Below, piece by piece: positions 1 through 13,884 of a DNA stretch of 64,000 nt (position 1 is the stretch's first letter; every line of letters begins with the position of its first letter). Made by a program: the position numbers and the translations under genes. The notes below the pieces were generated by a model. It made no database searches. It saw only the letters and a program-made list of their open reading frames with translations, and was not told the DNA's origin. Source of the stretch: Octopus vulgaris (taxonomy: Eukaryota); assembly GCA_951406725.2 (NCBI GenBank), contig OX597823.1:108314001-108378000 (forward strand). Reading direction: 5' to 3'.

Positions 1-153
1 CAACACACTTCTAGCGTAACAGATTTTTATCATGGCACAAGAAATATTTGAACTTTGTATGTAGTAAGACACAACTACAGACATATGTTTCAAACCATTT
101 GACTCTAACAGTAAAGTACAGTGGAAACAGACCTGTAAGGCCATTAGATAAAC

Positions 154-558
154 TGGATCTTTTCGGTTTGAACAGCAGTTTTTTCTAGCAGTGTCATATG
201 AAATTGTCACCCATAATTATGACCCTAGTATCGATCTATTGCATTTCAATCTATTTTAGGGGTAGGGGGAAGAGTATCTTTTTTTCTTCACAAATGTAAA
301 TAAATCCAATGTTTCTTAAACGAGGAACATATTCATACAGCACAGAATGTTTTCACCTCATTAGATGGTCATTGATTGGTTGAAATTGCCAAAATGCAAG
401 AAATTGAAGACCAAATATCTTAAAAACTATAGAATTTTCTCAATAAAGCCAAGAGAAAAAGATGTTTTATAAACACATTCTACTTGTATATGAAGTTTAA
501 AACCTTTTTGTTACCTAGAAATTATGTTAAAAACTGCCGTTCAAACCGGAAAGATCCA
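154..558. mobile_element. Non-autonomous DNA transposon (MITE) with ~30-bp terminal inverted repeats
   Basis: Left TGGATCTTTTCGGTTTGAACAGCAGTTTTT; the right end reverse-complements to TGGATCTTTCCGGTTTGAACGGCAGTTTTT (2 mismatches). ATAAAC flanks both sides (148-153, 559-564). No ORF. Confidence 0.8.
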
Positions 559-789
559 ATAAACCTTTATATTTAGAAAAAGAATTACATATATTTTGAA
601 TAATTAAAAATGTAAAGGGCTAAAGGAAATAATCCAAAGGGGCCAATGACATGAATATAGATAATTTAGTTAAATAAAAAATGGTGTAATAAATGTAATT
701 CATAAAAAATTTCTTTTTAATTTCCATCAGCAGAAAATCTTTCACAGAAACTCTTTCACTCTAAACAAGATATTTATTTATTAGTAATT

Positions 790-1010
790 CACTTGTTTCA
801 CCCATTGCATAATGACCATGCTGGCACATGCCCTTATAGGGTTTTAGATGAACAAAAGTCTGATTAGCACTCAATCACTCTCTTTTGCTGAACCACTAGG
901 TTATAGATATGTGAATATCAACCATATTCACTCGCAAGGTTTTGGTTGGCCCGTGGCTATAAAAGGAGCTTGCCCAAATCACCACATAGTGAGACTGAAC
1001 CCATAACCAT
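790..1010 (-). mobile_element. Degenerate SINE family A copy
   Basis: Diverged matches to the family A tail (CCATGCTGG, TTTTGCTGAACCAC) and head (CAAGGTTTTGGTTGGCCC...GACTGAACCC). Confidence 0.55.
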
Positions 1011-1229
1011 GCCAGCATCTAAATCAACGACCTGAACAAGGCTTTCATTTCTTAAGTATTCCTCTCTCTGTAACTTTGCCATACATCCATGAATCAACGG
1101 GGAGAGCCTCAACATGACTCTACAACAGGCTAGAAATGGGAACCAGAATCCTTTAAGCCACATATGACTGTATTGCAAATGGTAGAGTATATTGGTTAAA
1201 GAGATCTAAGACAAGTAGTTTTTAAAAAT

Positions 1230-1264
<35 letters not shown>

Positions 1265-1313
1265 CAACAACAACAATAATAATAATAATAATAATAATAA
1301 CAACAACAACAAC

Positions 1314-1348
<35 letters not shown>

Positions 1349-1365
1349 TAATAATAATAATAGTA
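1230..1365. repeat. (TAA)n/(CAA)n microsatellite
   Basis: Direct trinucleotide repeat. Confidence 0.95.
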
Positions 1366-1408
1366 ATATGTGTCTGTGTGTGTGTGTCAATATATATACC
1401 TATATATG

Positions 1409-1445
<37 letters not shown>

Positions 1446-1485
1446 GTGTATGTGTGTGTGTGTGTATACACACATATATATATAT

Positions 1486-1628
1486 TGGTTGGCATTAGGA
1501 AGGGCATACAGCTGTAGAAACTCTACCAGATCAAGATTGAAGCCTGGTGTGCCATCCGGTTCACCAGCCCTCAGTCAAATCGTCCAACCCATGCTAGCAT
1601 GGAAAACGGACGTTAAACGATGATGATG
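1486..1628 (+). mobile_element. RTE-LINE 3' tail copy (family C)
   Basis: TGGTTGGCATTAGGAAGGGCAT...CCAACCCATGCTAGCATGGAAAACGGACGTTAAACGATGATGATG; the same module recurs many times in the window. Confidence 0.8.
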
Positions 1629-2455
<827 letters not shown>

Positions 2456-2696
2456 ATGCGATCTCAGTCAGTCATTTAACCCTAAAAAACAAAGGCTAAA
2501 AGGACTCTCTTTGACCGTAACATTTTCTCCCTCATTCTAACAAATATTCAAAATAAAATAGCATAAATAAACACAGAAAAACCATAAAACCAAATTTTAT
2601 TTTGTCGCTCGATTCAGTTTTTCACTTTTTATAGATTCATTTTACTGTGACAGAAGATCAAAGTAAACATGCAGATATACGGTACAGTGGCTGATG

Positions 2697-2931
2697 GTGT
2701 GTGTGTGTGTGTGTGTATGAGTGTATGTGAGTATGTGAGTATGTGTGTATGTGCGTGTGTGTGTGTGTGTATGTGTGTGTATGTCTGTGTGTGTGTGTGT
2801 GTATGTGTGTGTATGTGTGTGTGTATGTGTGTGTATGTCTGTGTGTGTATGTGAGTGTGTATGTGTGTGTAGGCAATGGTTGCAGTCAGTGTGCACATGT
2901 GCATGCATAAGTGTGTATGTGTATGTGAGTA

Positions 2932-2968
<37 letters not shown>

Positions 2969-3172
2969 GTGTGTATGTGTGTGTAGGCAATGGTTGCAGG
3001 CAGTGTGCACATGTGCATGGATATGTGTGTATGTGAGTATGTGAGTGTGTGCATGTGTGTATGTGTGCATGTATGTGTGTGTGTGTGTGTGCATGTGTGT
3101 GTATGTGTGTGTGTGTGTGTGTGTTGGCAATGGTTGCAGGCAGTGTGCACATGTGCATGGATATGTGTGTGT

Positions 3173-3233
<61 letters not shown>

Positions 3234-3244
3234 TGTGTGTATGT

Positions 3245-3300
<56 letters not shown>

Positions 3301-3339
3301 TTGTGTGTGTTTATGTGTGTGTGTGGGTTTGTGTTTGTG

Positions 3340-3418
<79 letters not shown>

Positions 3419-3446
3419 ATGTGTGTGTGTGGGTTTGTGTTTGTGT

Positions 3447-3490
<44 letters not shown>

Positions 3491-3499
3491 ATGTGTGTG
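2697..3499. repeat. (GT)n microsatellite with an embedded compound minisatellite
   Basis: GT tract; the motif GGCAATGGTTGCAG(T/G)CAGTGTGCACATGTGCATG recurs at ~2872, ~2986 and ~3126. Confidence 0.9.
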
Positions 3500-4019
3500 G
3501 GCAGTTAAAGAGAATGAAATTATGGGCTGGTTTAAAAGTATAATTTGCACTTAAAATAATAGCAAAAGCTTGGTGTGTTATGTAAAGCAATTTCATCACC
3601 CAGGCTCATTGATGCTTGTTAACAAAATATTAGATCATATAGTATGAGAAAAATTCCAATATTGAAAGCAGGAATTAATATCAAAGGTTGTATGAGAAAA
3701 TAATTTCATATAAAGAACAGCCATTTGGAAACCATTATTAGAATCGGTGTTTGCAAAACACTTTGCATTTTACTAAAAAAAAAAAAAGGAAAATAAAAAA
3801 GGATAAATGAAACCAACAAAAAAACAATATACAATATGCAAAACTTAAATGGGGAAAAAAAAATAAGAAGAATAAATCATTATTTACTAAAAGGCATTTT
3901 TAGCAATTGGTTAGAGTTTAATATTATTTATTATTTTTTGTTAAACCATCTACGTATTCTGTGCTATTAACACAATTTGACTCTAATGGCCTGTTAAAAC
4001 ATTGTTGCATGTTAAGCTG

Positions 4020-4055
4020 TATTGCTATTGTTATTGTTGGTGTTGTTGGTGTTGC

Positions 4056-4106
<51 letters not shown>

Positions 4107-4175
4107 CATTATTATTATTATTGTTGTTGTTGTTGTTGTTGTTGATGATGTTGTTGCTATTTTTATTATTATTAA
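4020..4175. repeat. (ATT)n/(GTT)n microsatellite
   Basis: Direct trinucleotide repeat. Confidence 0.9.
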
Positions 4176-4349
4176 AAACATATATCAATTCATTTGCCAC
4201 ACTGGATTTTGTAGAATCTTAGCTGTTGTTGTTGTTGGCAAGACAACAACTTTAAAAAGTTTTTTTTTTGTTTGAAAAATTATTAGATTTCTTGTTTTTA
4301 TTTAATACCTCTTTTTTATTTTTTAGATGTGTATGTGTATATGTGTGTA

Positions 4350-4394
<45 letters not shown>

Positions 4395-5099
4395 TGTACT
4401 GCATATTGGCTGTAAACTCATTTTGGCAAGTGCCATAGAGAATGACAAGCAAATAAATTCCGAGTGAAGTGAAATGACAATCTCTGGGAATGGTAATTGT
4501 AAACCACGGCCACTTGGTCAACTTTGCATCTTAAGTGGTGCTAAGTATATTCACTATGTTAAGTATTTTAGGATTTCAAGAAAAAAAAATTACCTAATAA
4601 AACCTACTTAACATAAATAGTGTTACTTCAAAGATTAACTCTTTTGATCAAGCCATCCTAAAGGTTATTCCTTAAACTATTATGCCATATTCAGATTATT
4701 TTAAACTAGCGCTAACACACTTCTTAAAAATATAGCAACATTTCTCTCCCAGGTTCAGACTAACTGGAAGTTTCTGCTATTTTAAATATTTACATGAAAT
4801 GTTGAAGGGTCCAAGTATAAGACACTGTTTGGTGGAAAAGGCTTTCAAGCAAATGGAAGGAATAGAAGAAGCATTTAGTAACATAAAACATGAAGCAGTA
4901 CACTGTATGTTACTGACACCTGCTAACGAGAATGAGAGGGAGAGTGTGAGAAAGAAAGAAAAAGGAGAGAGGGGAAAAGAGAGAGAGAGAGTGATGGAAT
5001 GAGGGAGAGGAAAATGTGAAGGAGTGAGAGACAGAGAACCAGGGAACACTTTAACCTTGTCAGTATCTAAACATTGACATAAGGGGAAAAGAAAACAAG

Positions 5100-6122
5100 A
5101 ATGGGGCATAAGAGGTATCAAACAGACATGTGATGCATATGGATGAGGGCAACTTATAAGGAGGTTCTAAACGTGTACAGTGAAGGGCCCTGTTGAAGAG
5201 GGTGTACCAAGAAGACACAAGATGAAGAGCTGACCACTGATCTTTTACCCTACAAAGTTGATGACAAAGAAATGAGATGATTGGTGATGCATAGTCCTTG
5301 AGAAGACCCAAGCATATATATAAGCACAGCGAAACAGGTGTTCTAGGAGCATAACATCCTTCACCTATTATGTCACTTTTAAATCTACACTTATTGCTCT
5401 GCTCACATCTTTATATTAATCATCACTCTTTTATAAGCTGTGTTATTTTGCTGTTGTAATTAATTAAAGCAGAACCCATTAATACACATCATAACATCGC
5501 CCTTTCTATACTGCCAGTCATCACTCTCTCTTCCCTGAACCACTTTCTATTGGCAGCCATCCCCCATTTTTATCATCACTACCAAATAAATATCATCTCC
5601 CACCTTTGTTCCCTATTCCCTACATTCACCCCTATATACTTCTGGCCAACCTACTTCTATTTATTTGTCACTCACCTCTCACACACACTCATGCTGTCTT
5701 GATTTTTCTACCTCCACACGCTTTTCTGTCCACTTTCCAGGACATGGTTACCTTGTGGCTATGATCTCTGATACCTTTGCCACTATCATCTCTATTTCTC
5801 CTCTGGCAGCATTCCAGTCACTCTACTCACCCATATATAAATGCAGGATATCCTCTCATCATACTGTAACTTTTCAATAACTTGTATAATGGCATATCTG
5901 TACTTCAATGAAGAGGGTGAGTTTTTTTGGGCTTGTGAGTTACAATATGACCTCACTAACATTGGTTCCACTCAGCAAAGTGGTTGTCTATAGGAAGGGT
6001 GTCCAGCATTGAAAGGATGACACAACTGAGATAGTGAAACCAAACATTGTCCACTGAGTAACTAAGATCCTGTTGAACCTATGCCAGCATGGAAAGCAGA
6101 AGTAAAATGATGATGATGATGA
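5100..6122 (+). mobile_element. Old decayed RTE-LINE 3' fragment (ORF end plus 3' UTR)
   Basis: 5120-5310 resembles, with frameshifts, the end of the 6558-6980 ORF (HVMHMDEG...VLEKT). Ends in ATGCCAGCATGGAAAGCAGAAGTAAAA(TGA)n like family C tails. Confidence 0.55.
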
Positions 6123-6290
6123 CCAACTTCTTCCAGCTTCTACGTATCAAATCAACTCTCAAGGCCTTTGGTTGCCATAGTGACTAGAAAACACTTGCCC
6201 AAACTAGTCCAAAGTACTGCACTGTGGGTCTGAAGGCAAAACTATGTGATTGGAGAGTGAATGTCTTAAATTTGCCTGAACTTACATATA

Positions 6291-6451
6291 CAGCCATGGC
6301 TGTGTGATAAAGAAGCTTGCTTCCCATCCACAGGGTTCTGGGTTCAGTCCTACTGAATGGCATCTTAGCTAAATGTTTTCTACTATAGCCATGGGCTGAC
6401 CAAAGCCTTGTGAGTAGATTTGGTAGATGAAAACTAAAAGAAGCCCATCGT

Positions 6452-6455
<4 letters not shown>
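6291..6455 (+). mobile_element. SINE family A, 5' half
   Basis: TGGCTGTGTGATAAAG box-A-like and GGTTCAGTCC box-B-like motifs, running to AAAGAAGCCCATCG then (TA)n. Confidence 0.8.
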
Positions 6456-6543
<88 letters not shown>

Positions 6544-6550
<7 letters not shown>

Positions 6551-7270
6551 AACTGCCATGCTTCACGGTAGTGAAACATGGGCTGTGACTGCAGAGGACA
6601 TGCGTAGACTTGAAAGAAATGAAGCTAGCATGATCCGCTGGATGTGTAATGTCAGTGTGCACGCACGACAGAGTGTAAGCACCCTGAGAGAAATGCTGGA
6701 TATAAGAAGCATCAGATGTGGTGTGCAAGAGCGACGCTTGCGATGGTATGGTCATGTGCTGTGGATGGATGAGGAGAGATGTGAGAAGAAGTGCCACTCC
6801 CAAACAGTTGAAGGTATCAGGGGGAGAGGTAGACCCAGGAAGACATGGGATGAGGTAGTCAAGCATCACCTCAGAGCGTTGGGCCTTTCGGTCACTGAGG
6901 CAATGGCGAAGGACCGAGATCTCTGGAGATATGCTGTGACTGCAAAGACCCGGGCTGCTTCCTGCATCAGTTCCGCATAGCCCCTGCCCATTCAAAGTAC
7001 CCCGGATCCACAGAACGTCCCGCTGTGCTTGAGGAGACCTGTTGAAAGTCAAGGATACATAAACGTGGGGCCAACATAAATATCACAGCTGAAATAGCAG
7101 TTGTGTTATCTGTGCCGGTGGCACATAAAAAGCACTATCCGAACGTGGCCGATGCCAGCGCCAACCCCGAAGCTGATGCTCTAACTGTGCCGGTGGCAGC
7201 CATTACCTTCAAAAGCACCATCATATAGGAACGTGGCCGATGCCAGCGCCGCCCCGACTGGCTTCATGTG
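6544..7270 (+). mobile_element. RTE-clade LINE, 5'-truncated (C-terminal ORF region and repeat-containing 3' UTR)
   Basis: ORF 6558-6980 has LHGSETW...RRLRWYGHV...GRGRPRKTW, typical of the RTE ORF C-terminus. The 3' UTR has repeats of GTGCCGGTGGCAC..AAAAGCAC..GAACGTGGCCGATGCCAGCGCC. Starts directly after a (TA)n tract. Confidence 0.88.
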
Positions 7271-7274
7271 CCGT

Positions 7275-7640
7275 GGTTCAGTCCCAAAAGCACCATGGGC
7301 AACGTGGCCGATGGCAGCCTATAGCCCCGGGCCGACCAATGCCTTGTGAGTGGATTTGGTAGACGGAAACGGAAAGAAGCCTGTCGTATATATGTATATA
7401 TATATAAGTATGTGTATATGCTTGTGTGTCTGTGTTTGGCCCCACCTAGCATTGCTTGACAACCGATGCTGGTGTGTTTACGTCCCCGTATCACTTAGCG
7501 GTTCGGCAAAAGAGACCAATAGAATAAGTACTGGGCCTACAAAGAATAAGTCCCGGGGTCGATTTGCTCGACTAAAGGCGGTGCTCCAGCATGGCCGCAG
7601 TCAAATGACTGAAACAAGTAAAAGAGTAAAAGAGAAAGAG
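7275..7640 (+). mobile_element. SINE family A (head partly scrambled)
   Basis: GGTTCAGTCCC...GCCCCGGGCCGACCAATGCCTTGTGAGTGG...CAGTCAAATGACTGAAACAAGTAAAAGAG tail. Confidence 0.85.
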
Positions 7641-7652
7641 AGTATATATATA

Positions 7653-7840
7653 GGTTAATCCAAACGGGAAAACAGAAAAAACAACAACACGTGGAACAAT
7701 TACAGTATGGTTATTATTAGTCGCTCAGGAAAATGGAAGAAGGAGGGTATGACGTTTCGAGCGGAGCTCTTCGTCAGAAACATAGGAGAAAGAAAGATCC
7801 CGAGACGGGAGGACAGAGGAAAAAAATTGCAGGTAGTCTT
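7653..7840 (-). mobile_element. Penelope-like element pLTR fragment
   Basis: Homologous to 51470-51659, 57736-57927 and 58784-58925; contains a minimal hammerhead; abuts (TA)n. Confidence 0.75.
7747..7781 (-). ncRNA. Minimal type I hammerhead ribozyme (PLE type)
   Basis: Minus strand gttt-CTGACGA-a-gagc-tcc-gctc-GAAAC-GTC-atac; intact core, one stem I mismatch. Confidence 0.75.
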
Positions 7841-8609
7841 CACGAGGTCACATACTAAAAAGACGGAAGTGGTAAAAAAGGAGGAAAATGTTTTTTAAAA
7901 ACAGGAGAGCTGAATCAAAGAGGGAATGGTAAAAAAGGTGTGCAAGATGACAAGTGTGTGTGTGTGTGTGAGTGTGTGCGTATGTGTATATGTGTGTGTA
8001 TGGTGGACAATGGCTAGTAGCAGGCAGTAGTAGAATTAAAGGAGTGGTGTGGGGGTACCCTAGCAAGTCAGAAAGGCAGATCAGAAACAGGGAGGTATGT
8101 GTGTGTGCGTGTGTATGTATGTGTGAGTGTGTGCGTGTGCGTGTGTGTATGTGTGTGTGAGGCGAGATAAAAAAACAAAAAATATGTATATGTTAGTGCG
8201 TGCAGGGCGAACAGATGACATAGCAAGTCAAAGTGAGTGGTCAGTGGTAAAAAAGGAGGAAGGAGGGAAGAAGGGAAGGAGGGAAAGGGTGGGGGCGTAT
8301 GTAACGTGCCAGTGTGTGTGTTGAGTGGTATGTGTGTGTGTCCAGTGTGCGTAGTTGTGTGTATGGCAAGTAAATTTGAACTGTGTGTAAGTGTAATGTA
8401 TATATATATGCAAATGTGTGTGTGTGAGTGGGTGTGTGTATGTGTGTGCGTGTGTGTACAAAGAGGGGGGGGTTTAAGGAAAAAAAACTGCAGCGGAGGG
8501 GGGGAAGATGGAAGAGTGGTCCCGCGGCGACAGGCGTGGGAGAACCCAAAGACACGCGCCGGCCCCAGATACGTACAGGAGATCTAGTCGGTCAACCCAC
8601 GAGTGTGGT

Positions 8610-9035
8610 GCATGCATGCGTGTATGCGTGCGCGAACGTGCACAAGCGTGTATGTGCGCGTGCCTGCGAGTGTGTGTGTAAGCATGTATGTGTGTGGATG
8701 TGTGAGTGTGTCTGTGTGTAAGTCTGGGTGTCAGTGTGTCCGATGAATGTATGTAAGTATGTGTGTGTATATGTGTGTGTATAGATGTATGTCCGTGTGT
8801 ATGTGTGTGTGTGTATGTGTATGAGTGTGTATGTATGTACGTGTGTGTGTGTGGAAGTGTGTGTATGTGCATGTGTGTGCGCGTACATGCAGGTGTGTGA
8901 GTGAGTGTGTGTGTATGTATGTATGTGTGAGTGTGTATGTCTGTGTGTGTAGGATGCATGTATGTGTATGGGTGTATGTATGTGTGTGTGTATGTGTACG
9001 TGCGTGTGTGTGTGTGTATGCATGTATGCATGTAT
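8610..9035. repeat. Degenerate (GT)n microsatellite
   Basis: GT/GTAT-rich tract. Confidence 0.85.
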
Positions 9036-9544
9036 AATGCTCGTTTTAATAACTACTTTTCCATACCTTTGAGTCAGACAGAAATTGTTGAGACAGATTT
9101 TCTACAGCCAGATGCCCTTCCTGTTGCCAACCAACACAATCAAATGCAAGGACATACACAAATTTACACATAGACACACACACAAACATATTCACACATA
9201 CAAACTGAAGCATACAAGCGCACACACATGCTGTAATAGATTACATCAGCCGGCTGTTGATAATGTTTAACCCTAGGCACAAGAACTTTTCTCAACTGGC
9301 CCTTATTTTATGGACGCAGAGAGGACGAAAGAAGAAGTTGTCAAGTTGACCTTGGCAGAATAACTTTATCTAAGAATACAATCAGGATGTTTGAATTTTG
9401 CACAAAGTTAATATTCTTGTATAAATTAAAGCTGTCACGTTATTCCATCCCCCTTCCCACCTTTCGTATTTACCCATTTCATACGCACACACACATGCAC
9501 ACACATGCATATATATACGACCTAGTGTGAAGCTCTATACACAT

Positions 9545-9833
9545 GGTGTCAGTGGTAGTAGCGGTGGTGGCGAGGTTAAGGGTGGTGGGGAGCACAAGAC
9601 GTTGTGTGTAATGGTGATAGGTGTGATGGTACCAGTAGTAGTGATGGCAGCAATAATATCGGTAGTGGTAGTGCTGATTGTGATGGTGGTGGTGGTGGCA
9701 GTGGTTTCGGCGGGGGTGGTGCTGATTTTGGCAGTTGCTGCGGCGGTGGCATTGGTGGTGGAGGTAGTAGTAGTAGTAATTGTTGTTATTGTAGTAGCAG
9801 CAGTAGTGGTAGTAGTAGAAGTAGAGTAGTAGC

Positions 9834-9878
<45 letters not shown>

Positions 9879-10700
9879 CGTGGTGGTGGTGGTAGTTGTT
9901 GTTGTTATAGTAGTAGTAGTTGTTGTTGTTATAGTATTAGTAGTAGTAGTGGTGGTGGTGGTGGTAGTTATTGTTGTTATAGTAGTAGTAGTTGTTGTTG
10001 TTATAGCAGTAGTAGTAGTAGTATTAGTAGTAGTAGATAAACATCTGTAGATAAACAGGTTACATTTTCACTGATGAAATTTCACTAAAATTTCATTATC
10101 TGAAAATACGTTTGATTTGGAAGTTGATAGCATGGTGTAGTTGTTGTTGTTGTTGATGTTGTTATTGATGGTAGTGATGGTGGTGGTGTTGGTGGTGGTG
10201 GTGGTGGTGGTGGTGGTGGGGCTGTTGGTGGTGTTGCCTTGTTGCTGTTGTTGTTAGTGGCAGATGCACTGGTGGTGGTGGTGGTGGTGGTAGCATTTTG
10301 GTAGAGGCACTGGAGATGGTGGAGATGGTGGTGGAGATGGTGTTGGTCGTGGTGATGGTGGTGGTGATGGTATTATTGTAGTGGTAATAGTATTAGTGTT
10401 GTTGCTATTGATGATGTGGCTCTAGATCATGCTGTTGCAGTTATGGTAGTGCAGGTGGTAGTGGTGTGGTGGTGGTGGTGGTGGTGGTGGAGGTGGTTGT
10501 ATTAGTGGTGGTGCTGGTGGTAGTGCTGGTATAGGTTGTGACACTGATGGATCCACAACCATTACCAACAGTGTTGCTGGTGTTGCTGTTGCTGTTGTTG
10601 TTGTTGTTGTTATTGTGACGGTGGTAGTGGTAATGATGGTGCTAGCAGGGATTGTAGTACAGGTGTTGGTAGTACTAGTGGAAACAGTAGAGATGCTGAA
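9545..10700. repeat. Compound (GTA)n/(GGT)n/(GTT)n low-complexity tract
   Basis: Mixed trinucleotide repeats. Confidence 0.85.
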
Positions 10701-10769
10701 TGTCGTATCTACAGTTGCAAAACTTTGGTACATGGAGTTGTAGCATTTATTATAGTAATGATATTTCTT

Positions 10770-10925
10770 CTGTCTTTACGTTTTGAGTTCAAATTCCCCT
10801 GAGGTCAACTTTGCTTTTCATCCTTTCAGGGTCAATTAACTAAGTACCAGTTGCATACTGGAGTCAATCTAATTGACTGGTCCCCTCCCCCAAAATTTCG
10901 GGCCTTGTGCCTAGAGTAGAAAAGG
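10770..10925 (+). mobile_element. SINE family B fragment
   Basis: GAGTTCAAATTCC..GAGGTCAACTTTGCTTTTCATCCTTTCAGGGTCAATTAACTAAGTACCAG, as in the 19093 and 19605 copies. Confidence 0.75.
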
Positions 10926-11710
10926 GCATTTATTATAGTAGTTGTCAATGTGTTGGGATTAGTTGGCAGTTGCGAAAATAATAGCAGTGGTGGTCCCATT
11001 AGGATTGTGATACATAGTACGATAGTAACATTGTATTAGTGGTAGTGGTGGTGTTGGCAATGGTGGTGTGGCATTACATTGTATTGGTTGTAGTAGATTA
11101 GTGGTGGATTGAAAATTACAGCATAGGTGGCGCTATTAATCCTAGTCTAGCAGGCCCTGTGATTATAGTTACTCCAGGTGTGGCCCTACTGTCTTGTTTT
11201 TCACACATAGTTCACCTGGGAGCACATCATTAGAATTAATGGTGTTTGTGGTGCTGTCAGAATTGGTGGCGGTGGTTGTAGTGATGGTGGTGTGTTTTTT
11301 GTTATTCTTCTGTGTGTGTGTGTGTAAGTATTTTTGTACCTCCAGATGTATGCTATGTATGTATGTGTGCATGTGATTGTCTGTCTGTGTGTATCTGTTT
11401 CTGAATGAATATGTGTGTATAGAATGCCTGAATAGTGACTACGTATCGTTGCTATTATGTTGTAAATTCAAAATGTTGCTTTTCAGAAAGCGATAAAATA
11501 GTTTCACCATTCCATAGCAAGACAATTGCTAATTTTTGATATCTTGGAAATCTGAAGCAGATGGAGATAGGATTGTTTGACCAAAAGAACTGGCCATTAC
11601 AAACAAAAATAAATATTGTAAAAAACCACATTTGGCCAAATTTGGATATACAACAATTTAACATAATAGCAACAATGTACAAACATACATACATGGACTC
11701 TTTTTACTTT

Positions 11711-11912
11711 CTCTTTTACTCTTTTACTTGTTTCAGTCATTTGACTGTGTCCATGCTGGAGCACCACCTTTATTCAAGCAAATCGACCCCAGGACTTACT
11801 CTTTGTAAGCCTAGTACTTATTCTATCGCTCTCTTTTGCTGAACCACTAAGTTACGGGGATGTAAACACACTGGCATCAGTTTTCAAGCGATGTTGGGGG
11901 TGGGTGCAAGCA

Positions 11913-11956
<44 letters not shown>

Positions 11957-12140
11957 CATATACATATACATATATACGATGGGCTTCTTTCAGTTTCCGT
12001 CTACCAAATCTACTCACAAGGCTTTGGCTGGCCCGAGGCTATAGTAGAAGACACTTGCCCAAGTTACCACGCAGTGGGACTGAACCTGGAACCATGTGGC
12101 TGGTAAGCAAGCTACTTACCACACAGCCACTCCTGCGCCT
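11711..12140 (-). mobile_element. SINE family A, full length
   Basis: Reverse complement runs from AGGCGCAGGAGTGGCTGTGTGGTAAG through an internal TA/GT spacer to the (GTAAAAGA)n tail. Confidence 0.92.
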
Positions 12141-12150
12141 AGTATATACA

Positions 12151-12287
12151 TTTTTATTAAAGCTGCAAAAATATCTCAAAATTGCTTCTCAGAGTTTCAC
12201 GCTTCCATCCAACTCTTAATCGCAACTGTCCAGCAAGCGGATACTCTGAGTAATGGTTTTGTGATGTTTTGGCAGCTTTAACAAAAA
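12151..12287. repeat. Diverged inverted repeat (~53-bp arms)
   Basis: TTTTTATTAAAGCTGCAAAAATATCTCAAAA..CTCAGAGTTTCACGCTT pairs with AAGCGGATACTCTGAG..TTTTGTGATGTTTTGGCAGCTTTAACAAAAA. Confidence 0.75.
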
Positions 12288-12610
12288 AAGCATATTACTC
12301 TACCTTCGGTATTTAAGTACTATTTTTCCACCACTTGGTTTTGCATTTATGTGCTCACTCATGTGATACATATGTATATATATTTATATCTAAGTATCAA
12401 TTTGTCTGTCTATCTATCTACCAAACAATCTTCCTATCTATAGATATAGATATAGTTAGATAGCTAGATAGATACATTTATATATAAATATATATATATA
12501 TACATACATATATATATATGTGTAGGTCCCGGGTTGAGTCGGGGTTAACCACAGATGATTTCTTTTGAATGAAACAGTTCTAGTCCTGTAGAACTCCTTC
12601 TATAAAATAA

Positions 12611-13183
<573 letters not shown>

Positions 13184-13346
13184 AGTATATATATGAATGT
13201 ATGCGTGTATAATATGTGCCTACTTATGAAACTGTATACTCAGACACACCCTCAGCCACCCACCTTACAATATATGTATTTGTGTGTGTGTATGTCTTAA
13301 TATGCATGTGTGTAAACGTGTCTATCTCTCTCTCTCACTCTCTCTC

Positions 13347-13399
<53 letters not shown>

Positions 13400-13544
13400 A
13401 TGTGAGGGCTTATATTTATGTATCTGTTCATGGGAATACATGAGTGTGTGTGTGTGTGTGTGTGTGTATCTGTGTGTATCTGTGCACTTGAAGCACCAAT
13501 AATTTGATATTGTATGGTTTTTTTGAAACAAGAACTGTAACAAC

Positions 13545-13575
13545 GCCAACACCACCACCACCACCACCACTACAA

Positions 13576-13615
<40 letters not shown>

Positions 13616-13639
13616 GCTGCTACTACTACTACTACTACA

Positions 13640-13707
<68 letters not shown>

Positions 13708-13708
13708 C
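13545..13708. repeat. (ACC)n/(TAC)n microsatellite
   Basis: Direct trinucleotide repeat. Confidence 0.95.
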
Positions 13709-13884
13709 TATTTCACACCTATCTGTAGCTATTTTCTCATACTCCACCTCCACGTCACACAGCAAATATAAAACCCTTTTACTTACACAGCTAAAGTTAC
13801 CATGCAGTGTTTTTGTATCACTTGGACATCCTATTTTAGTTGTTATTGTAGCAGCACTAGTAGTAATATTAGTATTTGTAGTAG

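Noticed and set aside
8480-8600. GC/CpG-rich patch as a promoter
   Set aside because: Very short and contiguous with the repeat-rich region extending from the 7653 pLTR; more likely transposon UTR.
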